Source: Paraspadella gotoi
Taxonomy: Eukaryota > Animalia > Chaetognatha
DNA length: 64,000 nucleotides
Reading direction: 5' to 3'
Assembly (NCBI GenBank): GCA_051294375.1
Contig: CM119268.1
Span: 795,218-859,217, forward strand
The notes under the pieces were generated by a model. The model was not told where the DNA came from, did no database searches, and was given only the letters and a program-made list of their open reading frames with translations. Below, one piece after another: positions 24,006 to 36,619 of the stretch (positions within the stretch are counted from its first letter, which is position 1; each line of letters begins with the position of its first letter). A program made the position numbers and the translations under genes.

Positions 24006-25847
24006 ATATATATTAGGAGCTGACGTCGTTCTTAGAGATCGAGGAAGATTTTTTTCAATGAAGATTTTTGTTCAAATCTGACTACCAAAAATTCCGGTAA
24101 AAACACTAGATTCCGATCCTGTTGCATCTGAAGGACTCGCATTTTTTCCCCTTGTCAAATAACCATCATCTTGATATCAAACTATCAGATTCAAATGGAT
24201 TCGAGGCAATTTTTATATATAAAATAAAGGGATTTCTCAACTAAAATACAATGTAAACACATTTAACATATGTTGTGATTTTACAATAAACTTTGAATAC
24301 AGGAATCTGATAGCCATATGTCTGAAGGGCTCTCAAAATTTTTTTGTACATTTTATTTGGTTATTTTAATATGATACAATCATGGTAAAGCGAATTAGTC
24401 CATTTTGGTGAAAGGTAAAAGAGGAATTAACGATCGTAATTCTAAAAGTTTTCAACCGGGAGTCGGATTCGGGAAAAATCTTCTATGCCATAGACTATGG
24501 CGAAAATCTTCCAAAGAAGGGGTGGTTAATATTTTCTATATTTAGGATCGGATTTTTTTGAAACTTAACAATAGCATTATTGCCATCATTCTATATTGGC
24601 CGGTAAAAGAATATATTAAAAAAACTTCTGGCTTTTTTCGTTAGAGCTTAGTCCTATATATATATTATATATCTATCTGCTTTGGTATCGTTTTATCCTA
24701 TCAAGTTTACTGACACAGAAAGAACGAAAATTGAAAACCAAAAGATCTGGTGTTGTATATTTGTAAATACACTGGAGAACACGTCGTCATGGCAACGAAA
24801 CGAACGTTCCGTAACCACGGCGACGTAAATTGGTGACTTAGAACAATTCGGATAGAAAAAAATGAATTACAATCAAATTCGTTCTACGAGAAATCAAACT
24901 AACAAAAATGTAAAAAGTGTAATCTTTAAAGTGAAACTATTCATTCAAGTCATATAATTTAGTTGACTAATCGTTTATCTGATAAAAAAAAATCCGTGAC
25001 TATTAAAATAAAAATTAATAGTTAAGCATCTGTATTAACTAAAACAATGACGTTCGGGTTTTTAGCTTCGTTCTACAAGTAGTCGTCAACGACCTTTTCC
25101 CGTCAAAAGCGAAGCAAAAACAAAGAAACAAATAAAATGAAACAAAACAAAAATATCGTTTAAAATTAAACGATAGCTGAGACTGCGGTAACAAACAAAA
25201 AATTATGATTTGGATTAAAAAAAAACAAACAAACAAACAAACTCGAGAGAATAAAAATGCGGAGATTATAAATGAAAAGAATAATATATATAATAATATA
25301 TAACAATATATAATAATAAATATTGGTTTTACCAATTTCATATCAAAAGATTTTCTTTTTTTAAATTTTAAATTATTATGTCGACCGAGAACTGACTACA
25401 TCAACTATGATATTCTTATTGTCACAATGATAATTAGAATTATAATTGCATTATCAAGATAAGAGGGGAATAAGATGGTTAAAAACGCAAGCGCGGTAAA
25501 GGATCGAAATGAAGCATTTTAAGTATTTTTTTAGTTGCAGCAACTCAATAATTCACTTTTCGGTCGGTCGATCTGTCTGTCCATTGGTCTGTCCCACTTA
25601 TGTTAAAAATGCTCATAACTCGTTTAAGTATTTTAAGTATTTTAAGTGTTTTAAGTAAAGTAACATAAGAATGGAACAGAAAGTAATCTAAACTTGTGTT
25701 GTGTAGATGCACCCTCTATAACGCTAACGTCCCCATCCCAAACATGTTTAAATATTTAACACAAAACATATTTTAACAAATAAATAAAATCATAAATAAA
25801 AGTTATTTTTAAATCTAAAAAAATAAGATCTCATAAGACCTCTAACG

Positions 25848-26037
25848 AGCATAGATTTTATATACTTTAAAAGTGACCACGTGATCCAAAATTGATTTAA
25901 ATTTGGTTGCGCTTTTATTACAGTCGCTTAGATTCAAAGTTACTCCTGAGTCCGCGAAAATAATAAAAGCGCAACCAAATTTAAGCCGTATTAAATTTTG
26001 GGTCATGTGATCACTTTTAAAGTATATATATGTGCTA
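25848..26037. mobile_element. Small foldback element/MITE
   Basis: ~70-bp imperfect terminal inverted repeats (TATATACTTTAAAAGTGA...AAATTTGGTTGCGCTTTTATTA and its reverse complement). Confidence 0.7.
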
Positions 26038-26411
26038 TAGTATTATATATAATTATATATATATTTATTATATCATCGAAGATGGAATCTGAATCAAGAA
26101 ACGGAATCGTAATCAGAGACTCGGATGAAATCAACCAAGAACTGGATGATTGGATGAATCACCATATTATATATTATATTATACTATAGTGCTAGCGCTT
26201 TCTTTTATTTCAAATTAAATCGTAAAAAAAATGATATTTTCGATGCAGTGCGGGTTCAGTGCATTAGCGGCGCAACTCAGCATTCGAATTACCCTTCTTG
26301 TTTGTCTTTTTTTAATTTAAAACTTTATTAATAGTCGCTGGCAAACAAATAAAATAAACATTAGACTAAATGTGAAAAAAAGATATTAATTGCATTTTGG
26401 ACGAAAGGGAA

Positions 26412-26414
<3 letters not shown>

Positions 26415-26503
<89 letters not shown>

Positions 26504-26508
26504 AAGAG

Positions 26509-26556
<48 letters not shown>

Positions 26557-26578
26557 GAGAGAGAGAGAGAGAGAGAGA
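26415..26578. repeat. Long (GA)n microsatellite
   Basis: Direct reading. Confidence 0.95.
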
Positions 26579-27144
26579 TGGTAAATTCGTTTGATCAAAC
26601 AAAACGTTATATTTATTTTGAAAGCCATGATAATAATAATTCATACCAAAAAAAATCCTTGGCAGTATTAAACTCGAAAGCACTTTTCAAAAACGTTCAT
26701 TTGCAATTATCTCCAACAGCTCAAGCAATTATTAACGTCTTGAAAATTTGCAAAACGCCCACCAGAAAATGATTGCACGCGTAAACATTTTGTATATTCG
26801 CGAATTACATTGAATATAGTCATTATTGTTACTAACTTTACTAAATAACTGTTATCATTAGAGACCAATTGGGTTTTCAGTCAACGACGTTCCGAGTTTC
26901 TGTTGAAAGAAAATGAAAAATTTTAACCTTAATTTTAGATGCATCGCATTTTTTTAAAATTAAATTTACTTAAGTACCCTAGAAACAATGAATATGATTC
27001 AAGCTCGTGCGTTTTAATATATCACACAGTAAAATTAAAAACGTTATTTTTTGATAAATACCTTTTTTTTTATCTATACGAATGATCACAGAAAAGTTTT
27101 CTTATTTTCGAAATGACTTTTTTTTTAAATTGAATTTCCTTCAA

Positions 27145-29624
27145 TCAATATTCTTCCTCTTCGTCCGGCGCCTCAAATCCGTCCTGTGTTAAAATGATAT
27201 TATAAAATAAAATAAGCTAAATGGAAAAAGGAAAGCGACGGAAACTTAATAAAATAATTATTATTGACTAAATTATTGCGTCAAAATATCGTTTTCAATT
27301 TCTTTTTGTATTATTCCCGTCCGCAATACCCCAATAGAAAATCCACAGTAGGATATCTCATTAATCGTTACGCATCATAAGTATCATCACTTCAGCACTT
27401 CAGCAGTAGCATCTTCCGCAGCATCATCTTTAGCATCATCTGCAGCATCTGAGGTATCAACATCTGCGCAGCTCCATCCGCATTATGATCTACAGTATCA
27501 TCTGTGATATCATCAGAAGGCTCAATTATCAAAACCATCACCCATCTGCATCATCTCTCGCCTCATCTCTATCTTCCATCCACATCATCATCTATAAGTC
27601 CTACCTCGGTGGCGTAGAGGACTCGGAGGACTGATCCCACGAGGGCTTTGGCCGGTGTTTCTTCCTCTTCCTCCCCTTCCTCTTCCTTCTCTTGACACAA
27701 CATTTCGATCTGACGAAGTTTTCCGTAGTAAAAGTCTCTCTCCTTTTCGAGACTCTCCACTGTGACTCGCATCTCTGAGATCTGTGGGGAAAAAAGAAAT
27801 TAATCTCTCTCTCTCTCTATCTTTCTATCTCTCCTTTTTCTAATTCTCCACTCTGATCCTTTTCTTTCTTCCTTTCGTCTTTCCTCTTCTTTCCTTCTTC
27901 CTCCTTTCCTTTTTCCTCTTCTTTCCTTCTTTCCTTCTTCCTCCTTTCCTCTTCTTTCCTTTTTCCTCCTTTCCTCTTACCTCTTCTTTCCTTCTTCCTC
28001 CGTTCCTCTTATTTCCTTCTTTCCTCTTCTTTCCTTCTTCCTCCTTTCCTCTTCTTTCCTCTTACTACCTCTTCTTTCCTCCTTTCCTCTTCTTACCTCT
28101 TTTCGTCATACCTCTTTTTTCCTTCTTCCTCCTTTCCTCTTACCTCTCCTTTCCTTCATCTTACCTCTTATCTTCTTACCTCTCTCCTCCCTTTTTCCTA
28201 TCTCTCTATCCTCTCTTTTCTCTGTTCTCCTTAACTCTCTATCCGCCTCTCTCCCTTCTCTTTCTTCCTCTCTTCCACCACCTTTCTCTATCCTCCTCTC
28301 TCACCCACCTCTCTATCCTCTCTTTCCTGCTCTCTCCCGACTTCTCTATCCTCACTTTTCTTCTCTCTTCCCCTACCTCTATGTCCTATCTTCTCTTCTC
28401 TCTTCCCCCACCTCTCTGTCCTCTCTTTTCTCTTCATTATCCTGCATCCATACCTCTCTTTCCAACTCGGCAACGGCCCCCGACTGAGCGTCGATCCGTT
28501 GGGCCGGTTGGGGTTTTCTCGGCGCGGCGGAGGAAGAGGCGGAGGAGGCGGATGAGGGGGCGGGACGAGCGGCGGGTTGACGGGTCGCTTGGATAGAGTT
28601 AAATCAAAATTGTCAAAGCGCTGATGAAGACTTGTAATCATAATGTCGAAACGTGTCCAATTGAATAAAAACTATCGTTGTTGAAAATAAATTATTATTT
28701 CTTTCCTCTGATATTATATATATTAAATATTATATACAGATGATATCAGTGTTAAAAAATCTATTTTCTTTCCTTTTTTGCATTTTTAAGATAAAGAAAT
28801 AGGGGAAAAATTACAAATTATAAATTACGATTTCATCTCAAAATTTGAGCCTCACTTCTGGCGACCGACGGCTTCGGCGCCTGCATCCTTCCTGCTCCGC
28901 CGCTGCCGCTGCCGCCCTTCTCCGCAGCACCGACCTGGATGCCGCCTCGCGCCTCCAACGCGTCGTAGGGTTCCCCTGTGGAGACGGAGAAGAATCAGTC
29001 GATCGTAGGAATGACTAGGAATGTGTCCTCTCAAACGGGAAATTGAAATTTGATTTTTTATAATAATTTAATATCTGTGTAGCCTGATATGTGACGATTT
29101 TCTTAAAGAAAGAAAACTAAATTTAAGTCGTTAATTACTTATTAATTAAATAAATTATTAATTATTATTAATAATTATGAATATTAATTAACAACTATAA
29201 TTAATTAATAATTTAATTATTAGTAAATAATTACGCTTCAAGTTGGTATTTTGTTTATTTCGTTTTGTTTTTATGGTTTTTTTTGGTTCGTCATTCAATC
29301 TACCACTGTAACTAAATGTAAATCCTATTAGAACGATTATTTGTTGAATTTGTTATGTTTTGTTATGTGTAAATTTTGTTTAGCAATCGATCTACCACTG
29401 TTACGGAATGTAACCCCTAAATTATTACAATACTTATGTTTTAAGAAAGTATTTATATTGTTTTGTCATGTATATTTTATGTGTCAATCGAATCGCGTAC
29501 CGCTGTAGTTGGCGTCGAAAAGCCTTTTGAACCATTGAACGAATTCAAAGTTTTCCATGTATTTTCCTTTGACTAATTTTTCGATTTGAATGACCTGAAA
29601 TACCGAGAAGTTAAGGTACGGGGG

Positions 29625-29696
<72 letters not shown>

Positions 29697-30917
29697 ACAA
29701 CGAGTAGACTATTATTTAAAGATAATTTAAATGTAAATAATGAGAAAATATTTTAACTTTGTCGATTTCCACCGATTTGAATGCAGTTTGGAGAATTTTG
29801 AAGTTGCTGATGTATTCGTGTTCATGTTTCGAATTAAATTTGACTTTTTTCAGGATTATCGATCCTTTTGAAAAACGATGAAATTAGTTTGTTTATGATT
29901 AAATGATTTTAACTCTTGGGGTCTCAAATAATAACGCACCTGGGAATAGTAGATCCATAAACTGACAATAAACCGCCCCTGTAGTAAAATTAAAGTAAAA
30001 CGGAAAAAATAGGCCTTTGAACATAAGCTAAGGTTACTAAAAGAAAAGTAAGGGATAGATCCCTTCCCCCTATCACTTCTTGTGTGTATAAGTTTATTGG
30101 TAGGTTTTCAATAATAGAGATTATCCATTATCAATTCATTCAATAGTATATCTCTGAAGAGACAGTAATTATTGTTATGATATGAGTTAGTGACAGAACC
30201 GTTTAATATAAGCAGTCCCTGAGCTTCGGATCAGGCTGTAACACCCTGTTACAGGCGGGTGAAGCGCCCCGTCACTCTTAACTGCTAGGCGACCACCGGG
30301 CCAGAACCCCGAACCTTTGGGTTGGAAGGCGAATGACTTGCCTCCGGCACCAATGGCCGCTGATGAACAGTTTGTGGATTTTAGTCTACCATACATCCCC
30401 CCCTCCCATAGGGAGAAGTCTGTTGTGTCTCTTCAGTGAATTGTTGTTGGTGGAAAGTTTGTCACCAAGTTGAGGCATGTAGCCTGATGTGTTGTTTTTG
30501 CTGTTGTGTTCGGAAGTCAGGCTCACCAATGTAGAGACAGTAATTATTGTTATGTGTTAGTAACAGAACCGTTCAATATAAGCAGTCCCTGAGCTTTGGA
30601 TCAGGCTGTAACATCCTGTTACAGGCGGTTTAAGCGCCCTGTCCCTCTTAACTGCTAGGCGACCACCAGGCTAGAAACCCGGACCTTTGGGTTGGGAGGC
30701 AAATGACTTGCCTCCGGCACCAATGGCCGCTGATAAACGGTTGGTGGATTTTAGTCCACCATATTTCCATTCCCCAGATTCATGTCTTCAAATCACCTGT
30801 GCAGAGCTGCTCTATTTTTGTGAGATTCATTTGTAGACTTTCATTTATCCATCGGAGATACTCGTATCTGCTCAGTGATTCCTGTGTCACCGAAGTGTTA
30901 TAAACGTTCACCGCCAT
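27145..30917 (-). CDS. EB1: Microtubule end-binding protein EB1 (MAPRE/RP-EB family)
   Basis: Exons: [40 protein letters not shown] / [13 protein letters not shown] / [10 protein letters not shown]...[14 protein letters not shown] / [30 protein letters not shown] (CH domain) / two linker exons / ...[20 protein letters not shown]...VLYATE (EBH domain) / [12 protein letters not shown] (EEY tail). Confidence 0.96.
30156..30387 (-). mobile_element. tRNA(Gly)-derived SINE family A, copy 1 (EB1 intron 1)
   Basis: Minus-strand head GCGGCCA...GCC-TTCC-AA...GGGTTC...TGGTCGC resembles tRNA-Gly with a paired acceptor stem, followed by a ~130-bp shared body. Confidence 0.75.
30533..30760 (-). mobile_element. 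SINE family A, copy 2
   Basis: High similarity to 30156-30387. Confidence 0.75.
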
Positions 30918-32084
30918 TTTTGACGTTAATTGTTTTTTTTAGAGAAAATTGTGAGGTTCCGATGCGGCGAATTCACCGCTGAATTATCGTGGAAAAACTA
31001 TCGTTTTTCGACAATGTTCGTAACAGTCTTGTCAATTTAATCTGTAACAATGTCACTGATATTACTAACCCCAAAATCGAAAAAGCTGTCAATTTAATTA
31101 TTGCATAAGTTCAATAGGTGATATGATTATCTTCTGATTATCTCTGATTTTCGAACCCAATTTCGCTCCCGATTCGATACCGAATTAAAACCAAGCTATG
31201 GCAAGTATCGTTACATCGGTTTAAACTTCGGGGGCGACGACGTCACGCAATAACAGCGGGAGCCCAAAAGACCCATTGAAGGTGGCGTCATAAGTAGGTC
31301 GATCTTTATTTAAATTGAAATTGTAACACGAATTACAGTTAGGGTCGTTAATTTATGTGTTCTTAGCTTGGTTAGGGTTAGGGTAAGCTTGTTTATATTT
31401 ACTGTAAATTAAGATTTGTATTTGTTTAATTTTTATCAAAATACGTTACATTTTTCATTGAGAAAAATAGTGACGATCGTGACATCTGATGGGAATGAGT
31501 GAAGCAGAGAAAAACAAGAAAGAAACAAATGATTTTTCGCTCTCAATACAACTTCAAGTAATGACATTGTAATGCATTGTAATGCTTTGCAAACAGTATT
31601 TAATAGTAAATTATTTAAGGTGGGGAAGTAAAATATATATAGTTTTTTATTATTATATTTTTTCGTGACGTAAGTGGAAAAGTTAACGATGACTTTGATT
31701 TTAATACTAGAATCTACAGTAGATTGGAGAGTATCTATTTAAACTATTTTACCTGCTTTGTGGCAAATACAATGAACCGTTAGTGTAAAATACAGTAGCA
31801 CTTTTTCAGTCGTAATGTGATCATACTACCACACTTAAACATAATACATATTGATGTATCAAAAATTTATAATTTATTAGAAAAAAAAATTGTAACTACC
31901 AATTAATGATTTAACTAATTTTTCTGGCCGTGGTTCCTTTGTTCCTCCCTTCATGCTTATATGAGCTAATAATTTATATATATATTAATAATTAATAATA
32001 ATATAGCACGAATTAAAAAATAATCGATCTTTTGTTTTGAAAGAAAAGACTCCTTTTCTTTTCTCCCTCTCTCGGAGACGAACA

Positions 32085-32240
32085 GAAGATCATCCGGCTC
32101 CACGTGGGAAACCAAGCCAGTCCGTCTCTGTCTCGCTTTCACAAAGGGGAAACGCCAATCTCTTAATAAATCGGGACAGCGCCTATCTGTCGCTCTACAA
32201 CGAGGCAACGCAAACTTACTTATGAACCGAGACGTTGACC
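32085..32240 (+). mobile_element. Possible 3'-end relic of a CRE-like non-LTR retrotransposon
   Basis: Two tandem copies of a segment encoding QRLSVALQRGNANLL, resembling the C-terminal QRGNA motif of RLE-bearing CRE-like ORFs. Confidence 0.4.
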
Positions 32241-35190
32241 TAACCAACTATTAACCTTCTCTTTAATGGCATCTTTCCTAAAATAAAAAAAATTTTAAAA
32301 ATATTGATTCAAAAACAAACAAACAAAAAAACAAAAACTTTATATACATCGTGGCTCTTTGCTGTTGCTTAGTTCTTTGATTTTACTTTATTTCCATATT
32401 TTTTATTTTTAAATGTTGACCAATTACCGTACAATCGCTTAACTTTCAATTCACTGGATGCATAATATTTGTTGTTTCTCGTTTTATTTCAGAAAAAAAA
32501 AAAAAAGACGGCGACCCTACCAATTAACTTAATTTACCAGTTTAACTGTACCTTTCCAAATAATAATAAATAAATAAAAAAATAAATATCCAAACTATTC
32601 AAAATATTTTAAATATTAGATAAAAACAAAGCTCGATACTCTTTTCGAATTTGACTTTGTTCTCAGAACACTTTTTATTCACTATTCTAATTCTATACCT
32701 TTCATTCTCGCGAAAACATACAAAAAACCTCTCGCACCGTCGGAGCCTCCCATCTTCTCTTTTTGTCTCACGCGTCCTCTTTCGATATATTTCTGTCAAT
32801 AGAATTTTATATTGATTTGTGAACTTAATTAAAAAATGACTTTGATATTCTTAACTACATACGCCGTGAAAATTTCGACGAAGGCGGACTGGCCCACAGT
32901 CCGGCTGACCGTCCTTCGACCAAGATGTATGGTTGACCTTCCGGATGAAAAATGTTTTCTCTCCACTAGGTTCGTTTGTAGAATTTGATAAACATAATAT
33001 TATTATATGAGAAAACGTGAATCATAGTTTATATAAGTTATAGTTCATACAAGAAGAATTGAACGATTTGTCTACGTGATGTTTCCATATTGATCGTCAT
33101 CTTAAATATAAGTGAAGATAATATTTTTCAACTGACTCCCTAAACTGCTGGATAAACTTTGTTAACATTAATTCGTTCATTTAACATTTTGATTTTTTTC
33201 CTTTCAGTTGACTGGAAATATTGGACCTGGACTGTAGACACCAACAATCTGCTAAGGTTTTTTTTTTGGGAGGAGCGAAGATTTGTGTTCACACTGCGAT
33301 GCCTCATAAGGCATTCCTGGAGATCATCAATACGCTCTAGAGGTCTATGGGAAAATTAAGAGCAAAGTTTTTTTAATGAATTAACGGAAAAAGTAGAAAA
33401 ATATAACGGAACAGAAGAGGATAATTTTTTCGAAAAAAAAAAGCAGATTTTAATTATTTGTTATTGTTGTTATATTGATACGATATTATATTTTATATGT
33501 ACAAGCCAATATAAAAATATCCATTCATTTAATAAATAAGCTATTTTGCCCCTGACTTTGGAAAGGCTTTGGTATGTTTAAGGCCTCCCTCATCTACAAG
33601 TAATGACATAAGTAGCAAGGTCCGCAGCTTTAATCAGATCTTTCAGTCTTGTTTATATATTTAATATGTTAGTTAAAACGTAGTTTTATGTGAATTAAGG
33701 TTAAGTATGAATTAAGATTAAATTTAAAATTGAAACCCGAGACCTTGGGGTTGGGAGGAGCTCGTGCTATTTCCGGCGCTATAGGCTGCTTGATTCTCGA
33801 CAAGTAGCGGGGTATGAAATACTACTGCTACAAGTGTTAAGAATAAGTTTACAAACTATGTCACGTATATAACTTTACAAGTTATCAAATATGAATAAAT
33901 TTTAAATAAAATATTAGTAGTAATATTTAAAAAAAATTTAATAATAGAAAGGAATCGATAGAAATGATTTGCCCGTAAGGTTAACTGATAATCCGCGCTT
34001 TGTTATGATCATTGTTGGTCAACTCACGTTTGTAGCAAACAAATCTTTTTTTTTGTTCTTCTTTCTCTTCATTTTTCCATAAGCCTCCCGAGAGAACTGA
34101 AATCCAGGATCGCCCAACTTAAAAATATGATGATTTCCTGAATTTTGTCCTAATATTTTGATGAGGACTATGTCGTCACTACCACTGACTTTTTTTCCTT
34201 TATTTTCTTGACTGACCTTTTTGGTCATACTTTAGCCGTTTTGTTTAAATATAATTTAATTATAATTTTAGGCCAACGCCACGATTTCTGAGATCCATAC
34301 CGTAAATGCCCTCGGTTCTTGTGGCACCAACTCGATCCTACAAGATAAGATTGATTCCTGACGTTTTAAAACGGAAGAATATCATCTGCTGACGTCTGCT
34401 CTTCAATAGTGGATTTGTTTTGGGTGAGACCTTATGAGATGTCGCGATGGGTTATGCTGTAGTTATGTCATGCTGTGCTGTAAAATGCTAATTTAAAATG
34501 ATGTGAACAAAAACTAATTATCGGTAATCAAATGTCGACCTTTTCGTCACTACCACTGAAAATCATATTATTTAGGCTTGTCGATGAATTATTAGATATA
34601 TGCCTAATCTTACTTTAATTTTTTTTAACAGGTTGTTAACCGACTAATGAGCTGGCAAGATGGTTGTCTTTCGACGAGCCAAGAAATATGGTTGTTTCTA
34701 ATACACATAAAAAAGCTATTGTGATGAAATTCGGTTGAAATATAAAATTTGGAATGAATTGCCTTTCATTAACACGTAATATGTATATTTTTTAACTCAT
34801 TTGACGATATTTTAGCGATCTTAGATTAATTTAAATACATTATTAAGCAGTTTTATATTTAGTAGATTACTATGAATCTTATGATTTTTTTATTTAAAAT
34901 GTATTTAATTCTGAATTTGAGATAAAATAGGGTGTCAAGAGAAAATAATAGTTTTTGTTGCAAATCATGAGTTAGTAAATCATAAGTTAGTTAAAAGAAA
35001 TACAATCACTGAAAAAATTGTAAAACGTTTAACAACCATCTTGAGAATGACAAAAAATCATCGAAAATAATGCACTATAAACCTCAGAACATACGATTCT
35101 ACAAGGTGATTTTCTCCTTAGGATAAAAATAATCATACAATATAACCTTAATCCCCCAATTATCCATTCCCATTTTTGTCCGCCCTTGTA

Positions 35191-35857
35191 CAGAAGGCTT
35201 CATATTATAAAATGAGATACCCCTTTTTTGTGACCAGAATCTGTTCTCACCAAACTACCCGATCGAATTTCATGAAATTTTACATATAGAGTCCTAATGA
35301 CCATATAAATGGAACTATCGAAGCGAATTTTGATATTCAACCCATGACAAGAGTTAGTAGCATCATGTTCATCAATGTCTTTATCATATAAAAATCTTTT
35401 TTAAAACTTAAATTGATAAATCTTTTACTTATTAATCGGAATTTGAAGATGCATGGTTCATCGTTTTTCTCCCAATTTTCCCGAATTATTCCAAATCTGA
35501 CTTGAACAGCTGATGTTTATAAAGCTGAAACTTAAGGTAAATTAATATTTTTGTGGTAATAAAAACGTTTTTGTGGAGAGTAAACGACTGTGCAACTGTT
35601 CAAAACAAAAAAGTAAAAAAATTAGACAAATAATTTTTGAACATTTTTTAACCCTATGGGTGACCACTTCTGGGGCCCATATCTCGGCTCAGGGGTCAAA
35701 TATTGAAATTCGCCTCGATAGTTCTATTTGTATTCACATAGGGAGCGTTCATAACAAATGTCATTAAAATCTATTCAGTAGTTTTCTCGGAACATGTTCT
35801 GGTCTCAAAAAAGGGGTACCTCATTTTAATATTTTTTTTATAATATGAAGCCTTCTG
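35191..35857. mobile_element. Tc1/mariner-type MITE
   Basis: TIR CAGAAGGCTTCATATTATAAAA / TTTTATAATATGAAGCCTTCTG flanked by TA on both sides, with further sub-terminal inverted similarity; non-coding. Confidence 0.85.
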
Positions 35858-36619
35858 TAGATATTATGAGTTTCTCATTAATGATTTTCCAACAGGAATG
35901 ATGTACGATATCTATTAGAAAACTGGAACAAAGTAATCTAACCTTGTGTTGTTTTGATGTACCCTCTATTTCCAGAAGACAACACTAACGTCTCTATCCC
36001 AAACAAATAAATAATACTATATTTAAATATTTAACACAAAAATATTTTAGCAAATTAATAAAATTATAGACAAGTTATTTTTTCAACTTTCATAAACTTT
36101 TTGACATTAACCTTTAGATTACACTAGATCATTGGCGTTTGTAACAAGTCAGTCTTCGTGACATTAATAATCGAATATAACATAAGTCTTGTTTATCCAT
36201 GGACCGTTATTTATTGTTCAAATCTTTAAATTGCTTGTCTTTTGTTTTTATATCGTTCCTCCTCCTCCGCATTTTGTCGCCACCGTCCTTTTGCTTTTTT
36301 ACCAAATTCGGCGGCAAAGTAAAGCCAAGCAAAGCCAAGCAAACAAAGCATAGGAAAGCAAAGTTCTTTCGCTTACCTTAATTTTTTTATGTATCCAGCT
36401 CGACTCCCTCTTGTCGGCCGACAAAGGCCGACAAAAAACTAAATCTCGAGAAAGACAAGCATGGCAGCCATTGCAAGCAGCCAAGCTGTCTGATTGGAGA
36501 CTGTGGAACTCGTTAAACTCTGAACAAAAACTGAACAAACTAGTTAGTTGACCCTAGGAAAGCCGATCGAAACTAAGCCTCCCCTTTTCTTCCGACCCAT
36601 TTTTGAGAAGGATCCCGAG

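Noticed and set aside
26366-26683. ORFs of LSLSLS/ERERER type (also near 6000-6950, 15280-15670, 50658-50978)
   Set aside because: Translations of (CT)n/(GA)n microsatellites.
30288-30360. Functional tRNA-Gly gene
   Set aside because: Anticodon and T arms pair poorly and the head is always attached to the same SINE body.
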